DNA of 64,000 nt, taken from an uncultured Gemmatimonadaceae bacterium. GTDB lineage: Bacteria > Gemmatimonadota > Gemmatimonadetes > Gemmatimonadales > Gemmatimonadaceae. The notes beneath the pieces were generated by a model. It was given only the letters and a program-made list of their open reading frames with translations. It was not told the DNA's origin and made no database searches. Both the position numbers and the translations under genes were made by a program. Numbering within the stretch: position 1 is the first letter of the stretch; the number at the start of each line of letters is the position of its first letter. Below are positions 44,828 to 53,711 of the stretch, piece after piece. The stretch lies in assembly GCA_963822945.1 (NCBI GenBank), contig CAWGJO010000027.1, positions 96,001 to 160,000 of the forward strand. Reading direction: 5' to 3'.

Positions 44828-46444
44828 ATGTCCGAACACACCTTCGACTTCGTCATCATCGGATCGGGCTTCGGCGGCAGCGTCACCGCCATGCGGCTTG
44901 CCGAGCGCGGGCACAGGGTGCTGGTGCTCGAGCGGGGAAAGCGGTTCCGCGACGAGGACTTCGCCCGTTCCACCTGGAATGCGCGCCGCTATCTGTGGGC
45001 CCCGGCGCTCCGTTGCTTCGGTATTCTGCAGGTGAGTCCATTCCGCGACGTGTGGGTGCTGCACGGCTGCGGGGTGGGGGGCGGGAGCCTCGGCTACGCC
45101 AACGTCCTCATGCAGCCCACCGACGCGCTGTTCGATGCGCCGGCCTGGCGCGATCTGGCCGACTGGAAGACGATCCTCACGCCGCACTTCGCGACGGCCA
45201 AGCGCATGCTCGGCGTTGCGCCCAACCCGCGGCTCTGGCCGGCCGACCGCGTGCTCAAGCAGATCGCCGAGGACCTCGGCACGGGCGACAGCTTCTCGCC
45301 CACGCCGGTGGGCGCGTTCTTCGGCGAGCCGGGCTGCGAGGGCGAGGAGGTGGACGACCCGTACTTCGACGGCGCCGGTCCCAGCCGCCGCGGGTGCATT
45401 CATTGCGGCGGGTGCATGGTGGGGTGCCGGCACAACGCCAAGAACACGCTGCCCAAGAACTACCTGTACTTCGCCGAGCAGCATGGCGCCGAGATCCGCC
45501 CGGAGTGTCAGGTGCGTGACATCCGCCCATTGGGCGACGGTCAGGGAGACGGCGCGCGGTACGCGGTGGTCTACCGCCGTTCGACGGCCCTCCTGTCGCG
45601 CCGCACGACGACGGTCCGCGCCCGCAACGTGATCGTCGCCGCCGGTGCCCTCGGCACGGCGCGCCTGCTCTTCCGCTGCCGCGACGTCACCCGTTCGCTC
45701 CCCGCCCTCTCGTCTCGACTCGGCGACTCGGTACGCACCAACAGCGAGAGCATCCTGGGAAGCGTGAGCCGGCCGCGCGACGTGGACTACTCCAAAGGCG
45801 TCGCGATCACCTCGATCATCAATGCCGACCCGGTGACCACGGTGGAGCCCGTGCGCTATCCCGCCGGGTCGTCGCTGATGCGCTTTCTCAGCGGCCCGCT
45901 CACCGAGGGGCACACCTTCCTGGGCCGCGCGCTCCGCTCACTGGGTCAGATCTTCACGCGCCCGGTGGACTTTCTCCGCACGCACGTGGTGCCGGGATGG
46001 GCCGAGCGTGCCACGGTGCTGCTCGTGATGCAGACCGTGGACAACCGGATGCGGCTGCGTCCCGGCCGCGGGCTGCTCACCGGGTTTCGACGCGGACTGG
46101 TGAGCCATCCCGACGCCGAGAGCGAGGCGAGCGGGTCGCCGGAACTCGGGCGCGCCGTGGCGCGCACCTTCGCCGAGCGCACCGACGGTGTGCTCACGGG
46201 GTCGATCAACGAGGGGTTGTTCGGCGTGCCGATGACGGCGCACATCCTGGGCGGCTGTCCCATGGGGCGCGACGCGAGCCAGGGCGTGGTGGACCTCGAC
46301 TGCGCCGTGCACGGCTACCCGGGCCTGTTCGTGGTGGATGGATCCATCGTACCGGCGAATCCCGGCGTGAATCCGAGCCTCACGATCACCGCGCTGGCCG
46401 AGTACGCCGCGGAACGGATTGCAGCGCGCGTGGAAGACCGCTGA
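44828..46444 (+). CDS. GMC oxidoreductase, cholesterol oxidase (ChoD)-like
   Basis: GSGFGG, GVGGGSL, CxxCGxCMVGCRHNAKN, TAHILGG, GVNPSLTI. Confidence 0.9.
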   Translation: MSEHTFDFVIIGSGFGGSVTAMRLAERGHRVLVLERGKRFRDEDFARSTWNARRYLWAPALRCFGILQVSPFRDVWVLHGCGVGGGSLGYANVLMQPTDALFDAPAWRDLADWKTILTPHFATAKRMLGVAPNPRLWPADRVLKQIAEDLGTGDSFSPTPVGAFFGEPGCEGEEVDDPYFDGAGPSRRGCIHCGGCMVGCRHNAKNTLPKNYLYFAEQHGAEIRPECQVRDIRPLGDGQGDGARYAVVYRRSTALLSRRTTTVRARNVIVAAGALGTARLLFRCRDVTRSLPALSSRLGDSVRTNSESILGSVSRPRDVDYSKGVAITSIINADPVTTVEPVRYPAGSSLMRFLSGPLTEGHTFLGRALRSLGQIFTRPVDFLRTHVVPGWAERATVLLVMQTVDNRMRLRPGRGLLTGFRRGLVSHPDAESEASGSPELGRAVARTFAERTDGVLTGSINEGLFGVPMTAHILGGCPMGRDASQGVVDLDCAVHGYPGLFVVDGSIVPANPGVNPSLTITALAEYAAERIAARVEDR

Positions 46445-46633
46445 CCGTCTGACGGGCCGACGGTATGCAATCCCTTCCCCTACCCCGCATCATCACTGCC
46501 CCTACAGAACCTGCTTCGCAAGACACGCACCTTTCATAGTGCAAACGCAGGTGCGTCCTGCGCACCAGACATTCCCGCGCGAGGGAATTGAACGGTCCCC
46601 TCGAGGCGAACTTTCCGACAGAAGGAGTGGACC

Positions 46634-47044
46634 ATGCCGAAATCACTGATCAAATCCCCCCAGCTCCCCGCGCTCCGCGATTCTGCGTACCAGATCTGGC
46701 TGGCCGGACTGGGCGCGCTCTCGATGGCCGAGGATGAGAGCGGGAAGATCTTCAAGACGCTCGTCAAACGGGGCAAGACCTTCGAAGCGGCGAGCAAGGA
46801 TCGCCTGACCAACGTGCGGAACGCCCTCGACATCCGGAAAGCGGCGAGCGACACGATGAGCCGCATCACCGACAACCTGGACGACGGGGTGAACGGGGTG
46901 CTGGGTCGCCTGGGTCTGCCGAGCAAGAAGGAGATCGATGCGCTCGGCAAGCGGGTCGATCGGCTCACGAAGGCGCTCGAAGAGAAGCCGGTGAAGCGGG
47001 CACGCCGGGCGCCGGCGAAACGCCGCCGCGCTGCGACGGTCTGA
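46634..47044 (+). CDS. Phasin / PHA granule-associated protein (PhaI/PhaF-like)
   Basis: QIWLAGLGA, GKIFKTLV, LGLPSKKEI, basic C-terminal tail; AGGAG RBS. Confidence 0.88.
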   Translation: MPKSLIKSPQLPALRDSAYQIWLAGLGALSMAEDESGKIFKTLVKRGKTFEAASKDRLTNVRNALDIRKAASDTMSRITDNLDDGVNGVLGRLGLPSKKEIDALGKRVDRLTKALEEKPVKRARRAPAKRRRAATV

Positions 47045-47047
47045 TGA

Positions 47048-47128
47048 GTCGGTAGGTCGGTAGGTCGGTAGGTCGGAGAACGACGAACGTGGTTGACGTT
47101 CGGACGTACCGACCTACCGCCCTACCGA
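47048..47128. repeat. Octamer repeats in inverted arrangement (REP-like hairpin)
   Basis: (GTCGGTAG)x3 at 47048-47071 facing TACCGACCTACCGCCCTACCGA at 47107-47128. Confidence 0.8.
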
Positions 47129-47166
47129 TGCACGAGCTTCCGACCGGCACGAACTCGGAGATTGCC

Positions 47167-48396
47167 ATGCCCTCTTCACGCAAGCCGAAGATCGGTCTCG
47201 CGCTCGCCGGCGGCGGGCCGGTGGGTGCGATGTACGAGATCGGCGCGCTGCGCGCGCTCGAGGAGGCCGTGGACGGGCTCGATCTCAATCACGTGCACAG
47301 CTACGTGGGCGTGAGCGCCGGATCGTTCATTGCCGCCTGTCTCGCCAACGGGCTCACCACCACGCAGATGCTGCGCGCCGCGCTGCGCGACGAGCCCGGC
47401 GTGAACCCGCTGCGTCCCGAGATCTTCTTCACGCCGGCGTACCGCGAGTTCGTGCATCGCGGATTCAAGCTGCCGCGGCTGCTCGCGGAATCGGTGGCCG
47501 AATTCGTTCGGCGGCCGGGGGCGCAGGGGCTCGGCTCGGCGATGAACTATCTGATGCAGGCGCTCCCCGTCGGCGTGTTCGACAACGAACCCATCCGCGC
47601 CTACATGCACGAGATCTTCTCGATGGAAGGGCGCACCGACGATTTCCGGGAGCTCGGCGGCCGGCTCACCGTCGTTTCCGCCGATCTGGATTCGGGGCGT
47701 GCCATCCGGTTCGGCGGCCCGGGGTGGGACCACGTGCCGATCTCCACGGCGGTGCAGGCGAGCACCGCGGTACCGGGGCTCTATCCCCCGGTGTGCATCG
47801 AGGGGCGGCAGTGCGTGGACGGGGTGCTCCTCAAGACCGTACACGCGTCGGTGGCGCTGGAGCAGGGCGCCGACCTGCTGTTCTGCATCAACCCCATCGT
47901 GCCCATCGACGCGGCCGCCGCCGCGGCGGCGGGGCGGCTGCCCGACGACGTCGTGGTGCAGTCGGGCTTGCCGGCCGTGCTGTCGCAGACCTTCCGGACC
48001 CTCATCCACTCGCGGCTGCGCGTGGGCTTCGCCCGATATTCGACGCGCTTTCCCGATGCCGACGTCGTTCTGCTGGAACCCGACGAGATGGAGTACGAAC
48101 TGTTCTTCGCCAACGTGTTCAGCTTCCGGTCGCGCCGCCACATCTGCCGCAGCGGGTACGAGGCCACACGTCGCATCCTGCGCCAGCGCTACGACGAACT
48201 CGAGCCGGTGCTCGCGTCGCACGGCCTCGACCTGCGCGCGGATGTGCTGGAGGACCGGACCCGCGATCTCTGGAGCAGCGCCGGGTTGGCGCCCGACACC
48301 AGGCCGCGCGTGGCGCCGCCCAGCGTGACCGATGCGCTCAGTCGTGCGCTCGATCGGGTCGAGGCGGTAGCGGCCGCTCGCTCAGCCGCCAGATGA
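47167..48396 (+). CDS. Patatin-like phospholipase family protein
   Basis: LALAGGG oxyanion loop, GVSAG nucleophile, ASTAVP, DGV. Confidence 0.9.
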   Translation: MPSSRKPKIGLALAGGGPVGAMYEIGALRALEEAVDGLDLNHVHSYVGVSAGSFIAACLANGLTTTQMLRAALRDEPGVNPLRPEIFFTPAYREFVHRGFKLPRLLAESVAEFVRRPGAQGLGSAMNYLMQALPVGVFDNEPIRAYMHEIFSMEGRTDDFRELGGRLTVVSADLDSGRAIRFGGPGWDHVPISTAVQASTAVPGLYPPVCIEGRQCVDGVLLKTVHASVALEQGADLLFCINPIVPIDAAAAAAAGRLPDDVVVQSGLPAVLSQTFRTLIHSRLRVGFARYSTRFPDADVVLLEPDEMEYELFFANVFSFRSRRHICRSGYEATRRILRQRYDELEPVLASHGLDLRADVLEDRTRDLWSSAGLAPDTRPRVAPPSVTDALSRALDRVEAVAAARSAAR

Positions 48397-49556
48397 AGGT
48401 CCCCTGGGCCTCGCAGCGCTGTTCGCGGGTCATGCCGCGGTAGCCGCATGGCGGCCGGCGCAGCCACCGCGCCAGCGAGAGCAGCGGCCATCCGAACGGC
48501 AGATAGAACGCCAGCAGGTCGAAGTCGCGCAGCGCGGCGTGGAGCCAGTTTCGCGCCGGCGGGCGCCGGCGGTCGCGGTCGTTGCGGATGAACGTGACCG
48601 GCCATCCCGTGGGGAGCACGTGCCGCAGGATGCCGCGCGCTCCCGCCTTGCGCAGGCCGGCGCGCAGCGACTGCCAGTTGTACGGCCGTTGGCCATACTG
48701 CGCCACCTGCGCGTTCAGTTGCGCCTGCATCAGCTTGCGGAACCGGTGCGCCGCGCGGTCGAGCGCATTTCGATCAGGCTCGTCGTGATCGGACACGCCC
48801 ACCTCGTGCAGCACCGACCAGACATCGATCGGATCGCCGATCACGAACGTCATGTGCGCGGGCAGCGCCAGATACCACATCCACGGAAAGATCACTGCCA
48901 GCAGCCCCGCCGGCAGCGGCAGGAATGGCACGTGGAAGAAGCGCTGCATCACGCCGGTCCAGCGGCGGGAAGGTGACGTGGAAGGGCATCACCCATTCCG
49001 CGTTCACCACCGACACCGGGTAGATGGGCACGTCGTGGCGCGCCGCCAGCCGCACGAAGCTCGTCCGGAAGCGCTGCAGTTGGTAGCGATGCTGGAAGCC
49101 CTTCCCGATGCCCGGCACGCCCTCGGGGTAGTAGATCACGCGATCGCCGCGTTCGAGCAGGCGCTCGAAGTTGTCGAACGTCATGTCCACACCGCCGCCG
49201 CGCCGCCAGAGGTTGTCCACGCCGAACGGCCGCATCCACCACGCCAGCGTGAGTTCCTTCTCGAACACCGAACGACACTTGGCCTCGGGGCGCAGCCCGT
49301 CACGGCGCCAGAGCGCGAAGTCGAACACGATGGCGTCGTATGGAAACGCGGTGCCGCTGTGGTTCGTGGCGATTACCGCCGGCCCCTCGGCCGGCAGCTT
49401 CTCGGCACCAATCATGCGCGCCCGGAAGTAGTAGTCCGAGAGCGGCCCCACGGCATGCTTCAACAGGTCGCGGCAGTAGTCGGCCTCGAACGGCTCGTAG
49501 TCGTTGGCCGTGCGCGCTTCGCCGGCCGGCGGGAGCATGGTCGCGGTGGGCGTCAT
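48338..49556 (-). pseudogene. PlsC-like acyltransferase with one frameshift near 48953 (possibly sequence error)
   Basis: NHSG...YD, YPEG, RFRTSFVRLA; reading continues as VMQRFF...IGDPI after one extra base. Confidence 0.75.
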
Positions 49557-49560
49557 CGGA

Positions 49561-51273
49561 TCACCCGCCGCGCCGGAAGGCCAGCAGCACGGCGGCCGCG
49601 AACAATCCCGCCCACAGTGGCCAGGTGCCGCCGAACGCCATGATGATCGCGCCGGCCACCAGGCAGAACCCCGCCAGCAGCGTGGCCCGCACGCCCTGCA
49701 GCGGGTTCTCCGCCGGCGGCCGCGTGCTGCGCTCCAGCACGCGCACACCCTCGGTGACCAGCGACGGCAGCTTCACCGCCGCATCGATCAGCTCGGGCGC
49801 TCCCCGCAGGCCCTCGTGCACGAAGCGCAAGGGACTGAACTGCTCCAGGAACACCGTGCGGATGTGCCGCCGCGACACGTCGGCCACGTCGAAGTCGGGA
49901 AGCAGCACGTGCCCCACCCCCTCGAACGTCACCAGCGCCTTGACCATGAGCACCAGTTCCACCGGGAAGTACATCCGGTACTGCGCGCCGCGGGTCACCG
50001 ACTCCAGCACCAGCTGGGCGAGCGAGAACGAGTCGAAGCTCGACGCCCGGTGCCAGCGGGCCGAGATCTCCGACACGTCGCGGCGGAATCCGGCTGGATC
50101 GCCGTCCCGGCCCGGCTCTGCCACCGCCGCCAGGTAGCGCGCCGCGTTCTCGTGGTCGCCGGTCACCAGCGAGTAGTAGTAGTACAGCAGCGCCCGCCGC
50201 AGGTCGCTCTCGAACCGCCCCACCATGCCGAGGTCGATGAACCCCACGCGGGCGCCCGGCAGCACGAGCAGGTTGCCCGGATGCAGGTCGGCGTGGAAGA
50301 AGCCGTCGCGGTAGAGCATCCGGATGATCGACTCGGAGCCCAGGTCCACCAGGTGATCCCGTTCCTCCTCGCTCAGCGCCAGCGCTTCCGGCGAATCCGG
50401 ACGTACGCCGTCCAGGTATTCCATCGTCAGCACGCGCATCCCGCTGCGGTGCCGGTCCACCGTCGGGAAGACGACGTCCGACATGTCGCGGAAGTTGGTC
50501 GCGAAGTTCTCGGCGTTGTCGGCTTCGCGGCGCAGGTCCACCTCGCGGAGCGTGTACTCGCAGAACTCGGCGATGATGCGTTTGGGCTGATAGCGCGGGA
50601 TCACCGCCTGGAGGCCGGCGCCGAGCACGCGCAACAGGCGCGCGTCACGCTTGAGCGTCTCGGCCACGCCCGGCTTCACCGCCTTGATCACCACGTCTTC
50701 ACCGGTGAGCGTCGTCGCCCGGTGGATCTGCGCAATGGAGGCGGAGCCCAGCGGCTCGGGGTCGATCCACGAGTACAGCCGGTCCACCGGACGGCCGAGG
50801 TCCCGCTCCACGAGCGCCGTGAACTGCGCGAACGGAATCACCGGCAGCCGGTTGAGCAGGTTGCGCAGTTCGGTCGTCACCGAATGCGGCAGGATGTCCT
50901 CGCGCAGACTCAGGATCTGCCCGAGCTTGATGTACGTGGGACCCAGCAACTCCAGCCGGCGGCGGAACTGCTGGGGAAAGGGCAGGTCCACCAGGTCGCG
51001 CCGCAGCAGGGGGTGCGTGACGGCGCCGATGGCCCGCGCCAGTGCGTACTTGAGGCCCTTGGCGGTGGGCGCGTCGCGCTGCGCGCGCGTCCAGGCGATG
51101 ATCGCACCAAACAGCAGACCCGCCAGGTGGCGGTTGGTGCTCATGGCGCGGCGCACGATGCCCGGCGGCGGACGAGTGCTCGCTTGCTCGACCACGGCCG
51201 CCGGTTCATGCCCAACGGCCGACTGTCGACTCGCCGCCGGCGGCCGCATCTTCACCGCCGCATGCGCCGTCAT
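49561..51273 (-). CDS. AarF/ABC1/UbiB family atypical kinase
   Basis: LGPTYIKLGQ, SASIAQIH, EVDL, FFHADLHPGN, DLGMVG; C-terminal TMs. Confidence 0.94.
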   Translation of the reverse strand: MTAHAAVKMRPPAASRQSAVGHEPAAVVEQASTRPPPGIVRRAMSTNRHLAGLLFGAIIAWTRAQRDAPTAKGLKYALARAIGAVTHPLLRRDLVDLPFPQQFRRRLELLGPTYIKLGQILSLREDILPHSVTTELRNLLNRLPVIPFAQFTALVERDLGRPVDRLYSWIDPEPLGSASIAQIHRATTLTGEDVVIKAVKPGVAETLKRDARLLRVLGAGLQAVIPRYQPKRIIAEFCEYTLREVDLRREADNAENFATNFRDMSDVVFPTVDRHRSGMRVLTMEYLDGVRPDSPEALALSEEERDHLVDLGSESIIRMLYRDGFFHADLHPGNLLVLPGARVGFIDLGMVGRFESDLRRALLYYYYSLVTGDHENAARYLAAVAEPGRDGDPAGFRRDVSEISARWHRASSFDSFSLAQLVLESVTRGAQYRMYFPVELVLMVKALVTFEGVGHVLLPDFDVADVSRRHIRTVFLEQFSPLRFVHEGLRGAPELIDAAVKLPSLVTEGVRVLERSTRPPAENPLQGVRATLLAGFCLVAGAIIMAFGGTWPLWAGLFAAAVLLAFRRGG

Positions 51274-52508
51274 CGATTGCGTCCCAGCTGCTCGTGCGCC
51301 GACACCCACTCCAACGACGAGATCGCCGACGCCAGCGACAATTCGCCGGCCAGCACGGTGGCGGCCACGATTTCGGCCAGCTTGTCGACGTGGCCCTTGC
51401 CCCAACAGCCGAGCATCTGCAGACATTCGCGCTGCGTGGGCAGGTGCGTGCCGCCGCCGTGCGTGGCCACGATCAGGCTCGGGATGGTGATCGAGAAGTA
51501 CAGGCTGCCGTCGTGCGTGATCTCCGTGTAGGTCGTGGCCGCCGCGCCCTCGGTCACGTTGGCCACGTCCTGGCCGGTGGCGATGAACATCGCCGTGATC
51601 GCGTTGGCGGAGTGCAGCCCGTTGTTGTTGGCGCCCGAGAGCAGCGCGGCGACGTTCGCCACACCCCAGTGGTAGGCCAACTGCTCAGGCTCGGCGTGCA
51701 GATGCTTGCGGAGGAGATCGTGCGGAATCGTGGCCTCGGCCGTCACACGCTTGCCGCGCGGATGCAGGATGTTGACGCGCGACGCCTTCTTGTCGGTGGC
51801 GAAGTTCGACTCGAGGTACGCGCGGCGCACCGCGCGGTGGTTGGCCAGGATCCACTGATAGGCCGCGTACGTCGCCTTGCCCACCATGTTCTGTCCGGCC
51901 GCGTCGCCCGTGGTGAAGTTGAACCGGAGAAACGCGAACTTGTTGGACAGGAAGGGCTCGATGTGCGTGAGCCGGGCCACGTGCGACGTCGCCTGGGCCA
52001 CGGCGCGAATCGCGTCCATGTGCGCTTCGATCCACCCCAGGAAATCGCGGGCCTCGCGGGCCGACTCGAAGATGAACACCGGCGCCCGCTGCATGCCGTC
52101 GCCGGACACGGTGGTCTTCACGCCGCCGGCCAGACTCACGACCTTCATGCCCCGGCTGTACGACGCCACCAGAGAGCCTTCGGTGGTTGCGAGCGGGATG
52201 AAGAAGTCGCCGTGCGCATGCTCGCCGTCGATGTACAGCGGCCCCGCGATGCCGAGCGGCACCTGCGCCACCCCGGTGAAGTTCTCGATGTTGCCGCGCG
52301 TCTCCGACGGCTCGAGCGAGTACGAGGACACGTGCTTCAGGCGCACGCCGCGCTCGCGCTCGACGAACGCCTGCCGTGCGGCGATCAGCGCCGGTTCGTA
52401 GTCCTCGGGCCGCCCCTTGGCATGTGGGATGTGGTCGACGTCGGCGTTGTGAGTCGCGGAGGCGGCGGGCGCGGACCCGCGATCGACCAGGGAGGATGAC
52501 GTACCCAT
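51270..52508 (-). CDS. Hydroxymethylglutaryl-CoA reductase-like protein (class I type)
   Basis: IENFTG, PLATTEGSLVAS, TGDAAGQNM, TGQD, GGGT, GELS, C-terminal His (AHEQLGR). Confidence 0.88.
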   Translation of the reverse strand: MGTSSSLVDRGSAPAASATHNADVDHIPHAKGRPEDYEPALIAARQAFVERERGVRLKHVSSYSLEPSETRGNIENFTGVAQVPLGIAGPLYIDGEHAHGDFFIPLATTEGSLVASYSRGMKVVSLAGGVKTTVSGDGMQRAPVFIFESAREARDFLGWIEAHMDAIRAVAQATSHVARLTHIEPFLSNKFAFLRFNFTTGDAAGQNMVGKATYAAYQWILANHRAVRRAYLESNFATDKKASRVNILHPRGKRVTAEATIPHDLLRKHLHAEPEQLAYHWGVANVAALLSGANNNGLHSANAITAMFIATGQDVANVTEGAAATTYTEITHDGSLYFSITIPSLIVATHGGGTHLPTQRECLQMLGCWGKGHVDKLAEIVAATVLAGELSLASAISSLEWVSAHEQLGRNR

Positions 52509-52857
52509 TGGTCCCTCGTGGATGGACACCGTAGGATGTGCGCGAACGTCTGCCCCAGGTATCAGGTGCGTGCGCCGGATCTGTAGGCCGTTCCCTCACG
52601 CTCTCCGGGTCGGCCCTTGGCGGTCGGCAGTTCGGGATTCGTTGCTGAGTGCCGACGGTCGACTCTCGACGCGAAACACCCGAGTGTTCGCCGCCACCTG
52701 TTCCCTCCACTCTCCCTACGCGGCGTCCTCCTGCTGCATGGAGAAGTTCAGGGTTTTCCTGAATTGGCGGAACTTTCGAAAGGGGCGAACTTCACTTCGT
52801 GTTCGCGGACGGGAATACCGCGAACGGAGCCAACCCGCGGGATACCGTCGGCTGGCA

Positions 52858-53095
52858 GCGCGGTGGGAGTTCGACCCCAACTGCGCAGGTTGTGAGGTCG
52901 CTGGACACAACTGTAGTCCCGAGAGCCAAGGGGCACCTGAATCGGTCCCGTCCGATGAGGGTAAGATTGCCGGCCAGATCACCTGTTCGCATGTCTTCAG
53001 TGCCGTCGCTCAGGTGAAGCCGAAACGACCGACCGGTAATCGCCAGCGGGTCAGAACCCTCGCCGGAGGCAGTGATGCCGACGACGAGGGTTCGC
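52858..53095 (+). ncRNA. Candidate structured non-coding RNA of unknown class
   Basis: Nested long-range helices, possible pseudoknot and GNRA-capped hairpin in an intergenic region without a credible ORF; strand inferred from GNRA loop and G-U pairs. Confidence 0.5.
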
Positions 53096-53154
53096 CACAT
53101 CCGGGCCTCGCGTACCGAGCGTATCACCACGTCGCACGCACACGGAGGTGAACG

Positions 53155-53580
53155 ATGAGCTCCGGTCTCACGACGCTCCCCGTGGGCGAGTGGCGCGTGG
53201 AGTTGCGCGGCGACACGCGTGACGAACTGTTCAGCCGGGTCGCCACGCTGATCGCGTGCGCGGCGGGCCGTACCAATGGCACGCACGGCACGTGGGAGCC
53301 GGTCGCGCTGTCGGCGCGCGACGACGCCGCGCTCCTCGCCGGCTGGGCCAACGAACTCATCGGACGCGGCGAGGCCTCGGGCATGGCCTACGCCGAGGTG
53401 CGCAACATCGAACTCTCGCCGCCGGGGGGCCGCGCGTCTCCGGCGTGGCATCTTACCGCGGAGATTCGCGGTCGCCCGGTGGACGATTGGCGATCGTCGC
53501 TCAAGGCGGCCAATGGCCGCCGGGCAGGACTCGAGCGTCGCGGCGGCCAGTGGCACGCCACGTTATCGTTCGATATCTGA
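53155..53580 (+). CDS. Archease-like protein with degenerate motifs
   Basis: 141 aa; GDTRDELF, LLAGWANELI, LKAA, C-terminal FDI; GGAGGTG RBS. Confidence 0.75.
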   Translation: MSSGLTTLPVGEWRVELRGDTRDELFSRVATLIACAAGRTNGTHGTWEPVALSARDDAALLAGWANELIGRGEASGMAYAEVRNIELSPPGGRASPAWHLTAEIRGRPVDDWRSSLKAANGRRAGLERRGGQWHATLSFDI

Positions 53581-53711
53581 ACAACGCCGGCGGCCGCGGG
53601 AGATGTCGTGCGCCCCGTGGAAGTGATGGCGACGTGAACGGCGAGGAGCACGTGGTCCGGATCGTGCGCGATCTGGCGCGCGAACTGCACGGCGATCGCG
53701 CCGGCAACTTC

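Noticed and set aside
47041..47100. CTGATGAG hammerhead core word
   Set aside because: No downstream GAAA or stem II; explained by tandem stop codons of the phasin gene
52858..52890. tRNA-like GTTCGA T-loop
   Set aside because: No cloverleaf, acceptor stem or CCA end could be built
52942..53032. Hammerhead-like words CCGAUGAG...CGAAAC with TCGGTC/GACCGA complementarity
   Set aside because: The core reads CCGAUGA rather than CUGAUGA and there is no room for stem I
52760..53150. Group I or group II intron interpretation of the intergenic region
   Set aside because: Only loose word similarities; no P7 partner for TAGTC, no proper domain V and no interrupted host gene
52522..53151. ORFs across the HMGR-archease intergenic region
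   Set aside because: Atypical composition, no recognisable motif, no convincing RBS
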